Shown here: positions 25,053-37,872 of the stretch, piece by piece | How the letters are laid out: the number at the start of each line of letters is the position of its first letter | Position numbering within the stretch: the first letter of the stretch is position 1 | DNA from: Azolla caroliniana | Taxonomy: Eukaryota > Plantae > Polypodiophyta | Direction of reading: 5' to 3' | DNA length: 64,000 nucleotides | Assembly (NCBI GenBank): GCA_043228905.1 | Contig: JBHGNT010000022.1 | Span: forward strand, 1,302,001-1,366,000 | Notes under the pieces: model-generated | What the model saw: the letters and a program-made list of their open reading frames with translations, nothing else | Databases searched by the model: none | Told to the model about the DNA's origin: nothing | Made by a program: the position numbers and the translations under genes

Positions 25053-28000
25053 GTGCACGATCTTGCAAACTGTCATACGCAGGTACTCAACTCCAATCGA
25101 ATGCTATTTGATCTTCCGCATCGACACGGCCTTTGTCCCCAACATCTGGTATCAGAGCCTGCACAGTATTCGGTCCTTCAACTCGCTGTCGGCCGTCGTC
25201 TCAGCCTGCACAGCATTCGGTTTCCTGCGTCATTCGAAGAAGAGAGAAGAAGAAGAAAAACGAGGCTTGCATCTCATCGCGTTAGATCATCTTCGCTTGG
25301 AGTAAGCCAGCCGGTTGTACTCTGTTCCTTGTGATCGTAACCGCTCGAGGTGAAATCCCCTTGTGCAACATTGACACGATCGTGCTCCACTCGGTTAAAC
25401 GGCATCCAAAGAGGTCATCAAATGCTGCTCGCCGCTCATTGTAACCACTCGGTGCAGATCGGTCTCAAGACAACAACCCCAATTCGTGCTTCATCCGGCT
25501 GATCGACATTCGGGAGGATCAGTTGGATCCGTCTCTCTCGTCGCTGCAGTCACCCGAAGCAGAATCGGTCCAGACAATCGGTTTCAATAATCGGTATTTG
25601 GCATATATATATTCGGAAGCGAACCGGGCTCACTCCGACTCGGCAACATTCGGGAAGACCAGTCGGTTCTGTCCCTCAAGTTACCGGAGTCAATTCGAGC
25701 AAGTTCAACAATACATATATCCGAAGCCGAACCGACTCGGGTTCAAATCCGACTAGAACGATATCGGGTGAGCCAACCGGCTGCACTCCAACAAGGTTCG
25801 TAGTCCACTCCGAACCGAGCTTCGTCAACCGAAACCAAATTTGATGGCATCAACATCCGGCTCGTCAGAAATGAGTCTACGAAAGTTCGATGGATCGAAC
25901 TTCAACTTCTGGAAAGAGCAAATGCAGGACTATCTCATAGTCAAGGGGCAAATCGATCCCATCGAAAATGAAGAACCTCCAGAAGGATACAAACCAATTG
26001 AGTGGCAGAAGCTGGACAGAATCGTCCGCGCCACGATTCGGATGCACCTATCGGAATCGGTATATTTTACGGTGCAATCGTGTACGACAGCATTCGAACT
26101 GTGGAAAACACTGTCGGACACTTACGAAAAGAAGGTCGCCGCAACGAAGATGTTTCTGATCCGGCGCCTCTACAACTTGCGGATGAAAGAATCCGATTCG
26201 GTTCAAGCACATCTCAATGAGTACGAAAGCATAAGCTCCCAAATCTCATCTCAGGGGACGGCAATCGAGGATGAACTCAGAGCAATGATACTCATGAGCA
26301 GCCTTCCCTCATCATGGGAAACTTTCGTCACAACCGTGTGCAACGCGTCAACCACGGCTGTTAAATACTCCGAAGTCACGAGCGCAATCCTGACCGAAGC
26401 AGCTCGGAGAAAGTCTTTCGCCAAAGACTCAACAGACGACGCTTATGTAGTACAAGGTTCGATAGACCGATCGAACATACGAGGAAGAGATTCCTCACGG
26501 CAGCCGAACAATCAGCGAAGACGGAGCCAGTCACGGGATAATCGAATCTGCAACTATTGCAAGAAACCCGGACACATCAAAGCCGACTGCCGCGCACTCA
26601 AGAACAAGAACGACAAGTCTCAGAAATCAGACAAGAAGAGTGGCCGGCATGAGGAGATCAATTACGTCAGCTTCTCAGCTGATGTGCTACCAAACGACCC
26701 GAATATACTATCAATCGAAAATCCAGTCGGATCAGAAGTTCTGCTCACGACTGAAGAATCGAGCACATGGCTCTTAGATTCGGGCGCGTCATTTCACGTG
26801 ACTCCTCATCGATCCCAATTTCGGCAATATACGATCCGTCATTCCGACTCAGTTCGAGTCGGCAACTCGCAACACTGTGACATCATTGGAATCGGCACAG
26901 TAGAGCTCAACCTTGCAGGTGGCTCTACACTTGTACTTCGCAATGTCCGACATGTACCCGAGCTCTCAAGGCCATTGATCTCAGTCGGACAACTAGATGA
27001 AGATGGCATTCGTGCCGGTTTTTCTTCGGGAGGGTGGACACTCCACAGGGGGAACCTCCTGCTTGCTAGAGGACCCAAGATACACTCACTGTATCCGTTA
27101 CATGTTACGCTCAGAGAGGGTAACCTGTTTTTGGTGGATATTCCTGTGTCATCACTATGGCACAGAAGATTAGGACACCTCAGCAAGGCCGGCATTACGC
27201 ACCTATCTAGAGCCGGATACATCCCTAAACTCTCCTTCTCGGACCATCAATTCTGCGAACATTGCCAGTATGGCAAACAAGCAGCCGCATCACACCCGAC
27301 ATCAGCACCAAGAGAAATGAGACCTCTCGATTTAGTCCACTCGGACGTCTGCGGCCCAATGCCGCATCAGTCTCTCGGCGGTGCCTCTTACTTCGTCAGC
27401 TTTATTGACGATTCGACTCGAAAGGTGTGGGCTTATCCAATTCGCACCAAAGATCGTGTCTTCTCGATCTTCTCCGATTGGCTCGCTATGGTAGAAAATC
27501 AAACTGACCGAAAACTGAAATGCTTTCGGACTGACAATGGGGGAGAGTTCAAATCAGAAGAATTCGTCAAATTCTACCGACAACGCGGCATCCGACGTGA
27601 ATTTATGGCACCACACAGTCCGGAGCAAAACGGGATTGCAGAACGCATGAATCGGACAATCCAAGAACGGATAGTTTCCATGCTCCAACACTCCGGACTG
27701 TCGGATGGCTTCTGGGCAGAGGCTCTACTCACGGCAGTACACATAATCAATATGTCGCCAAGCAGACCTCTAGGACTTCAAATTCCTCAGGAACTATGGA
27801 TCGGCAGTAAGCCGAATTACGACAAGCTGAGGATCTTCGGATGCGAGGCGTACGCCCTTATTCCGAAAGATGATTGCCGAAAACTTGCACCTCGGTCCAG
27901 GAAATGCATTTTCCTTGGATATGGATCAAACGGCGAAATGGGATACCGACTCTGGGACCCCGAACGCAGACAAATCGTTCGAAGCTCGGACGTTGTGTTC

Positions 28001-28475
28001 AACGAGTCGGCTATGATTCCATCAGTCGAAACACCGATCGAAGTCCGAAGGGTAACATTTTCTGATGTGCCGACCCTTCAAGAAGGCCCCGCTCTCAACA
28101 CACGGTCAGCTTCACGGGTAGCTGAACCTTACACTACCGACTCGGACAACTCCGACTCGGCACAGCAGAATAATTCGCTTTCGGACCATCCGACCTCGAT
28201 ACCCGATACGACTAGTCCAATCATACCTCGACGATCCGAGAGACTGTCGCAACCTCCGGAGAGGTATTCTCCTGGAATTTTCTTCACCGACGCCGGCGAA
28301 CCGACGTCTTACGAAGAAGCATCGACATCTGTCGATTCAGCCACCTGGCATCTGGCGATGGAGTTGGAAATGCACTCCATTCGGGCAAACAAGACTTGGG
28401 ATCTGGTCGAATTACCTAAGAATCGACGTGCTCTTCCTTGCAAGTGGGTTTATCGACTAAAAGAGACGTCTGATT

Positions 28476-29999
28476 TGTTACCGGCCGGCAAGGAGTCCAA
28501 AATACGGAGTGAAGGAATTAATTAGATATGGTTGTAAATGAGCATAGTGTGGACGGACGGACTGGAAACGGTATGCCGTTCCAGATCCGGACGGATCCCG
28601 AATAGGTGCGAGAGGCACCGTTTTGTACTACGGGCCGGAAACCTATTTAAAGGCCCGGACCCCATTGTAATGACAACGGATAATTAATAGAGCTTATGTT
28701 GTTTATACTTCTGTCTTGATTTCCGTTCTGTAATTACTGTGATATCTTACGCGTGTAATTAACCGAAGCATTCTAATCGTGTAACCTATGTAAGTCGGTG
28801 TAATCGTTGAATCTTAATCCTATGCCGTAATCACCCTTTGGTGAAGTGTCTCCGTGACACCTTGTGTTAGGCCTTGTCCGGCTAGAGAATAACACTGTTT
28901 TGGCGACCACGATGGGATAGGGACACTTGCCGGTGAAGTACTAGGCAAGTGGGTAAACGGATTTCGTCTAAAACCCTATAAAGGACCGATGCCAAAGAAC
29001 CCGTTTATGTAGCTCACCGGCACTACACCGGGATCGGTACGTATCGGTCCGGAAGCAAACGACATATCAAGGGCAGCTGACGCGCTACAGAGAGCAGGCG
29101 GAGGATACGGCAAACCTCATCAAGCAGTTGAAGGAGGAGCGACAAGTGGTGGAAAGCAGAGCTCAAATGGGAGCAAGTCGCATCCAAGATATAATGCGGG
29201 CCTGGTTGAACCAGACCAAGAGCTTGATTGACAACGGTTCCGTCAAATGGTGGACCAGGTGGGCCACGAACGCGGCGGAACTCCAATTGCTCCGGGCCGA
29301 CGTAGAGAACCGGCGGAAGGAGGGAGATGATTGCTATATGCTGACTTCCGAAGACTTCACCGGCATAAGAGATGAGCTTGCCGAAGACTTTCAAGCCTTG
29401 GCAGAGGACCAACTAGAGCAAGTCCGGCAACTTGTAGCTCAGCTGGACGACGACAGGCTGGAGGCGCAGATCCAGTTTGAAAGCTACGAGAGGTCCCGGA
29501 TCCGGGGAGAGAAAGAACGAGAACCAGTTACGGTCAACCTCAGTGATGAGGAACCGTTACTGGAAGGAGACCGGACCGGAAGCAGTCAAACGGAGATGCC
29601 GGAGCCAGAGAGACAAACGGAGCAGCCGGAGTCAGCGAAACAAACGGAGCAGCAGCAACAAGCAGAGCAGCCGGAGCAACCTCAGTCCCAACCGCAACCA
29701 CAGCAGCAGCAGCAAGCACAGCCGCAACAACCACAACCGGAAGAACAAGCGGAAATTCTTGAACAAAGTAATTTGGACAATTTGGGTGAACAATGAAGGG
29801 GCCGAGAAGGGTTCGACGTACAAGGTACTGTCCCACGGGCGTGCCATGTGTTACCGGCCGGCAAGGAGTCCAAAATACGGAGTGAAGGAATTAATTAGAT
29901 ATGGTTGTAAATGAGCATAGTGTGGACGGACGCACTGGAAACGGTATGCCGTTCCAGATCCGGACGGATCCCGAATAGGTGTCCGGCTAGAGAATAACA
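28476..29999 (+). mobile_element. Miniature non-autonomous gypsy (Tat/Athila-like) derivative 'D'
   Basis: TSD TGATT. 5' LTR 28476-28894; internally deleted 3' LTR 29849-29999. PBS TGGCGACCACGATGGGA (tRNA-Arg-like). Integrase tail remnant WVNGFRLKPY. Confidence 0.9.
29128..29796 (+). CDS. Extra ORF of element D; helical N-terminal part and Q/E/P-rich tail; function unknown
   Basis: 222-codon open frame between the integrase remnant and the 3' LTR. The start is uncertain (first in-frame ATG ~29167). Confidence 0.5.
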   Translation: MKEERQVVESRAQMGASRIQDIMRAWLNQTKSLIDNGSVKWWTRWATNAAELQLLRADVENRRKEGDDCYMLTSEDFTGIRDELAEDFQALAEDQLEQVRQLVAQLDDDRLEAQIQFESYERSRIRGEKEREPVTVNLSDEEPLLEGDRTGSSQTEMPEPERQTEQPESAKQTEQQQQAEQPEQPQSQPQPQQQQQAQPQQPQPEEQAEILEQSNLDNLGEQ

Positions 30000-30507
30000 T
30001 GATTCGACCACCCCAAAGTACAAGGCCAGATTAGTTGCGAAGGGCTTCCGACAAGAATATGGCATCGACTTCGACGAGATTTTTTCACCAGTGGTGAAAA
30101 TGACAACCCTTCGTTTTCTACTCGGTGTAGTGGCAGCCGACAACTTGGAGCTGATTCAGCTAGATGTCAAAACAGCCTTCCTCCATGGTGATCTTGAAGA
30201 GGAAATTTATATGGAGCAGCCAAAAGGCTTCGTGGCAACTGGCCAAGAACATCTAGTCTGCCGACTCAGGAAGAGTCTATACGGCCTCAAACAGGCACCG
30301 CGACAATGGTACAAGAAGTTCGATGACTTCATCCAATCGATCGGCTTCTCAAAAAGCGATGAGGACCATTGTCTTTTTACCAACACAGCTCAAGATGGAT
30401 CACCCATCTTCCTCATCATTTACGTGGACGACATGCTAATTTCTGGACGCCACGCGGGCGAACTTGCCGATCTCATTCGGCAATTGCGGTTGAAGTTTGC
30501 CATGAAG

Positions 30508-33500
30508 TGATGGAAATAATCGTCACTTTCCAAACTTCACCTCTCGGCCACAACCAAAGAAACACACGAATCGTTGTTGCAGAAAATGGGAAATGCGAAA
30601 AATAGAGTGGACACACGATTTAACGTGGAAAACCCTGTACGGGAAAAACCACGGGAGTACAAGACTCCGAACCAAAACTATGCACAGAGAAATATACAAT
30701 GGCGAGCTGCAAGGCGACGACCTTGAGCTCGCTGTCCTCGCCACAGGCGGCGGAATTACACAGAGGCGTCGACCTCTTCCTCTCTCACGCTCTATCTCTC
30801 ACACGGCTGCTCTCTCTTCACTCCTCTTGAGTGGAAAAACAGAAAAATGAGTAGCAACATTAAAACTGTTTGCCCTAAGTCATATTTATACACATATGAC
30901 TTTCGGGCTATTTACAACTATAGCCTCAAGGGCTCTTGGCAAACATATTCACGAATATATCCCCGCATCCGGATCTCTCTCCGGGTACATTCGTCATCCG
31001 GCTCCGTAACCGGGATCTTCATCATCCGGTTCCGAAACCGAAACCGGGCTTGTCGTCATTCATCTCCGACATCCGACCATCCCATCCGAAAGGGACCGTA
31101 ATCCCAACAAACTCCCCCTTCACTTCGGCATGGGATGTCTCTCCAATCCGATCCTCTTCCGGCATGCTTCCAGCTTGTCGGGTGTGAGCACCTTGGTCAG
31201 CATATCCGACCCGTTCTCGTCCGTGTGGATCTTCGTCAGCACGAACTCCTTGTCTTCTATCCTTTCCCGGATCCAGTGGTATCTACGCTGGATGTGTTTC
31301 GTCCGGGAATGGTAGGCCGCGTTCTTTGCAAGGTGGATGGCACTCTGACTATCGCAGTAGAGTCGGTACTCCTCCTGCCGGATCCCGAGCTCTCTAATGA
31401 AGTCCTTCATCCATATTATTTCCTTGCCGGCTTCAACAGCTGCCATGTACTCCGCCTCCGTGGTTGACAACGCAACCGTCTTCTGCAGCCTCGACTGCCA
31501 CGAAATGGCTCCCCCTGCATAGGTCATCACATACCCGGATGTGGACCGACTGGTATCTGCATCAGCCGACATATCCGAATCGGTAAAACCGTTTAGTTCG
31601 GGCTTACCGGAGCCAAATCGGAGGCACACGTTTGGCGTGCCCTTCAGGTATCGGAGTATCCACTTGGCCGCGTTCCAATGCTCTTTGCCGGGATTGCTCA
31701 TGTACCGGCTCACCACTCCGACTGCATATCCAATGTCCGGTCGGGTACACACCATTGCGTACATCAAGCTTCCGACGGCAGAGGCATATGGCACTTTCAT
31801 CATGTCCTCCTTCTCAGCCTTTGTCTTGGGGCTTTGCTTGCTGGATAGCTTGCAGTTTGCCGGGAGGGTTGACCCGACCGGTCTTGCTTCCGACATGTTG
31901 AACCGTTTAAGCACCTTTGTCACGTACTTCTCCTGTGACAGCCACAACTGCTTCTTCTTCCGGTCCCGGATGATGTGCATCCCTAGTATTTGCCTCGCCG
32001 GACCCAGGTCCTTCATTGAGAAGGTTCGGTGAAGAGCCTTCTTCAGCATCCGTATCTTGACCTGGTTCCGTCCGACGATCAACATGTCGTCCACGTATAG
32101 GAGGAGTATTAGAAGGTCTCCTCCGTCGAACTTCTTCACAAACACGTAGTGGTCGGACTGCGTTTTGTAGTACCCTTCATCGGTCATGAAGGAGTCAAAC
32201 TTTCGGTACCACTGCCGGGGAGCCTGCTTCAAACCATAAAGGCTCTTCTTCAACCGGCATACCAAGTGCTCCTTCTCTTTCTTCTCGAATCCTTCCGGTT
32301 GCTGCATGTATATCTCTTCTTCGAGGTCACCGTGAAGGAATGCCGTCTTCACGTCCATCTGTTCTACCTCGAGGTCCATGCTTGCCGCTATGCTCAGCAC
32401 CGTCCGGATAGAGGTCATCTTCACTACTGGGGCAAATATCTCGTCGAAGTCGACGCCCTTCTTCTGCTGGAACCCCTTCACCACGATCCTGGCTTTGTAT
32501 CTCGGGGGGTTTCCAGCATCTCCCGGTTTCAGCTTGAACACCCACTTGTTACGAAGTGCCCGTTTTCCTTTCGGCAACTCCACAAGTTCATATGTGTGGT
32601 TCTCATGCAGGGAATCCATCTCCTCCTGCATGGCACTTAACCACCTGCGGCTATGGGTGTCATGCTTTGCTTCTTCAAAGCTCTCCGGCTCCCCCTCGTC
32701 GGTTAGCAGCACGTGCTCTGGTTCCGGAAATCTCCGGGGAGCCCTTCTCTCTCTTAGAGGATATCTCCGTTCCGGAGCTTCGGTAACCGGCTCCTCCGTT
32801 TCCTCTTCATCCGAATCCATTTCGGGATCGGGGCCGGTTCCGGTATCAGTTTCATCTTCCTCGGCCGGTTCTGTTTCTTCATTGTCTTCGGCCGGATCCT
32901 CGAGTGCTAACCGGTCCCTTGCCGGTCGGGACTGCTCCTCGTAGAGTTGATTCTCACCGGTCGACTTGGAGCTCTTCATCTTCTTCTCCGACTCCCAGTC
33001 GGCGAGTGTCTTGTCCTCCATGAAGATGATGTCTCGACTTCTGAATATCTTCTTGTCGACCGGGTCCCATACTCGGTAGCCGAACTCGTCGTCGCCGTAA
33101 CCGAGGAATATGCATGGCCGGGTCTTTGGATCTAGCTTTCCTCTCCGGTCCTTTGCCACATGCACGTATGCGAGACACCCGAACACCTTCAGATGCCGGT
33201 AGGACACTTCCTTACCGGTCCACACTCTCTGTGGTGTGTCTCCATCCAGGGGTACTGAGGGTGATCTATTTATCACATATGTCGCCGTCGACATTGCCTC
33301 AGCCCAAAATCCCTTGGGTAATTTCGCATGCGCCAGCATACTCCGGACCCTCTCCATTATGGTCCGGTTCATCCTCTCGGCCAGCCCGTTCAGTTCCGGC
33401 GTCTTCGGCACAGTAAACTCGAGCCGGATTCCTTTCGAGCGACAGTACTCCGCGAACTGCCCCCGGTATTCCCCTCCGTTATCCGCTCGTATCGCTTTCA

Positions 33501-35828
33501 GCTTCTTGCCGGATTCTCTTTCCACTCTCGCGTGGAGTTCTTTGAAGACGGACAACACTTGGTCCTTTGTCTTCAACGGTGCCGTCCACAGCTTCCGGCT
33601 GTGATCATCAATGAATGTCACGAAGTACTGGGCTCCGCCATGTGACTTCGTTTCTACCTGACACACATCAGTGTGTACCAACTCCAATGGTACACTACGT
33701 CTCGTCGGTGGCCTTGAGTGGAAGGAGGTTCGGTTCTGCTTACCGGCCAGGCAATCGGTGCACTTCTCCAGGTGCACATGCTTCATTGGAATAAGGTTGT
33801 CTTCTGCAAGCCTCTTCATCCCCTTCTCACTCATGTGGCACAGTCTCTTGTGCCACAGCTCACCGGCAGTGTCGGCTGCCACGTTCAACTCTTCCGGACA
33901 CAACCAGGCATTCATAAGGTACAATGTGTTGACTTTCCGGGCCCGAGCCACTATCAGGCTTCCCTTGCTGAACTTCATTACGCCGTTCCGGATGCTACCT
34001 GTGTAGCCTTCATCGTCTAGCCTCCCGGCCGAAATCAGGTTCAATCGAACCTCCGGAACGTGTCGGACATCCTTCAGCAGCATTTTGCATCCGGTCGGGG
34101 TTGTCAACCACACGTCTCCTATGCCGGCAATACGGCACGTACCTTCATTTCCCATCCGAACACAGCCATGCTCACCGGCTGTGTAGGATGAGAAGTATCT
34201 TCTTTCCGGGGTCAGGTGGAACGACGCTCCGGAATCGACCACCCAGGTAGTCTCATCGCCGGCAATGTTTAGTTCACCTTCTTCGGTGATGAGCATGATC
34301 TCCTCTTCACTTGCCGCGAGTGCCGTCGTTCCTTTCCGGTCCTGCCCTCGCCGATCCGAACCATTCCGGTCCGTGGCTCCCTGGTAAGCACCGTTCCGTT
34401 CCGAAGACTTCTTTGAATCGGTGTCGTCGGCTTCGTTGTCTTTTCGGTAATGCCGACAATTCTTTCGGAAGTGCCCCGGCTTCCCACAGTGGAAGCATGT
34501 GGGCCTTCCTCTTGACTGCGACCGGGTCCCCGACTTCTCCCGTCTTTGCGGACTCCGGTTCCATTGTCTTCCCCGATCCGATTCGGTAAGCAGCGCCTTC
34601 GAGTCGGAGGCTGGTTCTTTATCTCTCCGACGCGCTTCTTCGTTCAAAATACTTGTCTTTACTGTTTGTAGGGACAAGTTATCTTCGGTGCAGGAGGTGC
34701 TGAGAGTCACCACCAAGTTCTCCCAGCTTTCCGGCAATGTACACATCAGAATGATGGCTTGCATTGCATCCTCCAGCGGGAACTTGATCGCCGCAAGCTG
34801 GTTCACGAATCCCATGAACGTGCTTATGTGTTCCACCATACTCTCGCCGTCCCGGTACTTGAGGTTCACTATCTTCCTCATCAGGGAGGTCCGGTTCAAC
34901 GCATTCTTCCTCTCATAGAGGCCCGACAGCTTCCGCCACATCTCATATGCGTTGGTGTCGTTCGCCACATGTTGTAGAACGCTCACGTCTACGTATTGCC
35001 GAATGGTTGCAACGGCTTTCCGGTTCAGAAGCCTCCATTCCGACTCAAGTACCCCCTTCGGTATTTCCGACCTGTCAATTGGTTCGTACAGGTCCCGAAC
35101 AATCAGAAGATCCTCCATCTTGATCTTCCAGTCGGCGTAATTCTGCGCATTCAGCACCATCATCATCCCCGGCTGCCCGCTGCCGCCGCCTTCCATTTTC
35201 TGCAGCAACTCGCTCTGATACCAAATTGATGGAAATAATCGTCACTTTCCAAACTTCACCTCTCGGCCACAACCAAAGAAACACACGAATCGTTGTTGCA
35301 GAAAATGGGAAATGCGAAAAATAGAGTGGACACACGATTTAACGTGGAAAACCCTGTACGGGAAAAACAACGGGAGTACAAGACTCCGAACCAAAACTAT
35401 GCACAGAGAAATATACAATGGCGAGCTGCAAGGCGACGACCTTGAGCTCGCTGTCCTCGCCACAGGCGGCGGAATTACACAGAGGCGTCGACCTCTTCCT
35501 CTCTCACGCTCTATCTCTCACACGGCTGCTCTCTCTTCACTCCTCTTGAGTGGAAAAACAGAAAAATGAGTAGCAACATTAAAACTGTTTGCCCTAAGTC
35601 ATATTTATACACATATGACTTTCGAGCTATTTACAACTATAGCCTCAAGGGCTCTTGGCAAACATATTCACGAATATATCCCCGCATCCGGATCTCTCTC
35701 CGGGTACATTCGTCATCCGGCTCCGTAACCGGGATCTTCATCATCCGGTTCCGAAACCGAAACCGGGCTTGTCGTCATTCATCTCCGACATCCGACCATC
35801 CCATCCGAAAGGGACCGTAATCCCAACA
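30508..35828 (-). mobile_element. Intact, young copia LTR retrotransposon 'E'
   Basis: 602-bp LTRs 30508-31109 and 35227-35828 with only 2 differences seen by eye; TSD TGAAG; PBS TGGTATCAGAGC; PPT AAGGGGGAG. Confidence 0.98.
31120..35208 (-). CDS. Copia gag-pol polyprotein (Tnt1-like), uninterrupted
   Basis: 1362-aa ORF with CCHC knuckle, WVVDSGAS protease, HHCC plus DDE integrase, YVDD RT and FTDSD RNase H. Confidence 0.97.
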   Translation of the reverse strand: MLQKMEGGGSGQPGMMMVLNAQNYADWKIKMEDLLIVRDLYEPIDRSEIPKGVLESEWRLLNRKAVATIRQYVDVSVLQHVANDTNAYEMWRKLSGLYERKNALNRTSLMRKIVNLKYRDGESMVEHISTFMGFVNQLAAIKFPLEDAMQAIILMCTLPESWENLVVTLSTSCTEDNLSLQTVKTSILNEEARRRDKEPASDSKALLTESDRGRQWNRSPQRREKSGTRSQSRGRPTCFHCGKPGHFRKNCRHYRKDNEADDTDSKKSSERNGAYQGATDRNGSDRRGQDRKGTTALAASEEEIMLITEEGELNIAGDETTWVVDSGASFHLTPERRYFSSYTAGEHGCVRMGNEGTCRIAGIGDVWLTTPTGCKMLLKDVRHVPEVRLNLISAGRLDDEGYTGSIRNGVMKFSKGSLIVARARKVNTLYLMNAWLCPEELNVAADTAGELWHKRLCHMSEKGMKRLAEDNLIPMKHVHLEKCTDCLAGKQNRTSFHSRPPTRRSVPLELVHTDVCQVETKSHGGAQYFVTFIDDHSRKLWTAPLKTKDQVLSVFKELHARVERESGKKLKAIRADNGGEYRGQFAEYCRSKGIRLEFTVPKTPELNGLAERMNRTIMERVRSMLAHAKLPKGFWAEAMSTATYVINRSPSVPLDGDTPQRVWTGKEVSYRHLKVFGCLAYVHVAKDRRGKLDPKTRPCIFLGYGDDEFGYRVWDPVDKKIFRSRDIIFMEDKTLADWESEKKMKSSKSTGENQLYEEQSRPARDRLALEDPAEDNEETEPAEEDETDTGTGPDPEMDSDEEETEEPVTEAPERRYPLRERRAPRRFPEPEHVLLTDEGEPESFEEAKHDTHSRRWLSAMQEEMDSLHENHTYELVELPKGKRALRNKWVFKLKPGDAGNPPRYKARIVVKGFQQKKGVDFDEIFAPVVKMTSIRTVLSIAASMDLEVEQMDVKTAFLHGDLEEEIYMQQPEGFEKKEKEHLVCRLKKSLYGLKQAPRQWYRKFDSFMTDEGYYKTQSDHYVFVKKFDGGDLLILLLYVDDMLIVGRNQVKIRMLKKALHRTFSMKDLGPARQILGMHIIRDRKKKQLWLSQEKYVTKVLKRFNMSEARPVGSTLPANCKLSSKQSPKTKAEKEDMMKVPYASAVGSLMYAMVCTRPDIGYAVGVVSRYMSNPGKEHWNAAKWILRYLKGTPNVCLRFGSGKPELNGFTDSDMSADADTSRSTSGYVMTYAGGAISWQSRLQKTVALSTTEAEYMAAVEAGKEIIWMKDFIRELGIRQEEYRLYCDSQSAIHLAKNAAYHSRTKHIQRRYHWIRERIEDKEFVLTKIHTDENGSDMLTKVLTPDKLEACRKRIGLERHPMPK

Positions 35829-37872
35829 TGAAGGACCTCGGTCCGGCACGACACATACTTGGAATGAAGATTAGTCGGCATCGCGATAAACGACATCTCT
35901 TTTTGTCTCAGACCGACTATATCGGACGTGTCTTGGAACGCTTCAACATGCAATCAGCCAAATCTGCTTCAACCCCGCTCCCCATGAATCTTCGGCTCTC
36001 TCAGCGAGACTGCCCGACATCCGGTCCGGAGGGGGAAGATATGAAGTCGGTACCGTATGCACCGGCAGTCGGCTCCCTTATGTACCTGATGGTCGCGACA
36101 CGGCCTGATATCTCTCATGCCGTAGGAGTCGTTAGCAGATTTATGCACAATCCTGGCCGATCGCATTGGAACGCAGTCAAGCATGTGTTCAAATATCTGG
36201 CTGGCACAAAAGACCACGACATTCTTTTCGGCCCGAACTCAACCTCAGGCGTAGTCGGTTACACCGACTCGGACTTCGCCGGCTGTATAGACAGTCGGAA
36301 ATCAACAACTGGATACTGCTTCAAATTCGGCAATGGAGCAATTTCGTGGAAGTCGAAACTTCAGGAGTGCACAGCGACCTCAACGACCGAAGCAGAATAT
36401 GTAGCTGCGTCCGACGCTGCAAAAGAAGCTTTGTGGCTCGGCCGGCTGGCGCACACGTTTCGACAAGTCGACCATGACTCGGCCCCAGTTGTCTACAGCG
36501 ACAGTCAAGGTGCTGTTGCCTTGTCGAAAAATCCGGTTCACCACAACGCCTCCAAACATATCGACGTTCGATATCACTTCGTTCGGGACTGCGTCATTTC
36601 AGGGAAAATCGGTCTAGAGAAAATATCGACAACCGACAATGTCGCAGATGGAATGACCAAGTGTCTTTCGGCAGACCGCTTTCGGTCCCTTCGGCATCAG
36701 ATGGGCGTAACGACAAATCAGTCCGGTTAGAGCCGGACACAGCGCAGGATGGTTTCCGACAACCGACATCAGTTCCTTAATGATCGGCTTCAACTCTTCC
36801 GACCCGACCAGTCCGGTCTTCTGCCTTCGGACCCTGCCGACTCGAACAAAACTGATATGTCCGAGAACCTAGGTTTATACCTGTAATCTTAGATAACCCA
36901 TGTATACGCCCATTACGGGGGAGTGTCGAATACAAGTGTATAATGGACGTATTCACACTATCTCTTTGTATAGATCAAGTTTGGGCCATTTGTGTAATTA
37001 GCATAAATGGTAGTTGCCCTAAGTCGGTCACTATATAAAGTGACCTTGTAACCTTTTTGTAAGGTTGGTTGTATTATTCTTTTCTATTGAATAAAGAGTC
37101 TTTTGTGTGTGTGTGTCTCTCTCTCTCTCTCTCTCTCTGTCTCTGTGCACGATCTTGCAAACTGTCATACGCAGGTACTCAACTCCAATCGAATGCTATT
37201 TGATCTTCCGCATCGACACGGCCTTTGTCCCCAACATCAGGTTAGTCCTCGCCAAACTTTGCGAGCATGGACTCTATGCGAAAAGTGAAAAATGTGAATT
37301 TGATTGTACTTCTGTAGAGTTTCTTGGGCATGTCATCTCCACACAGGGAATCACAATGGACACATGGAAAGTCAAGACTATCCAAGAGTGGGTTGTCCCA
37401 ACTCGGGTATGAGATATGCAATTATTCCTCGGTTTTGCCAAATTTTATCATCGCTTCATCAAAGGATTCTAAGTGATTGCACAACCTCTCATTGCTCTTA
37501 CCTGAAAGGATTCTACTTTCGAATGGACAACAACTGCACAAAAGGTGTTCGACTTGCTGAAACAAGACTTTACTATGGTACCAATCCTTTTATGTCCTAA
37601 CCCCACTAAGCCTTTCCAAGTCGAAACGGATGCTTCCGATTTCTCCATTATGGCGATCCTCTCCCATCCAGATGAGGTTGGTGTGCTTCACCCAGGGCTT
37701 ACTACTCCCACAAATTCATGGCCCTAGAAATCAAGTACCCCATATATGACAAGGAGCTTGTCGCTATTATTGTTGCATTTGAAGAATGGAGATCCTATTT
37801 AGCCGGGGCGCAACACCGTATCCAAGTGATTACTGATCACAAAAATCAAATATACTTTTCTACCACACGAAC

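Larger units (their letters stand above)
25841..36730 (+). pseudogene. Copia C gag-pol split into three pieces (25841-28475, 30005-30507, 35834-36730)
   Basis: Removing D, E and one TSD copy each rejoins the frame: ...KETSD|[14 protein letters not shown]... and ...FAMK|DLGPARHILG.... Domains: CCHC, WLLDSGAS, rve, YVDD, YTDSD. Confidence 0.93.
24826..37236 (+). mobile_element. Copia LTR retrotransposon 'C' inserted in the RT of gypsy A, itself interrupted by elements D and E
   Basis: LTRs 24826-25144 and 36924-37236 are near-identical apart from a microsatellite; TSD TCAGG; PBS TGGTATCAGAGC; PPT GGGGGAG. Confidence 0.96.

Noticed and set aside
31130-35229. Many plus-strand ORFs opposite the copia E polyprotein
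   Set aside because: They are antisense shadows of a GC-rich coding strand.
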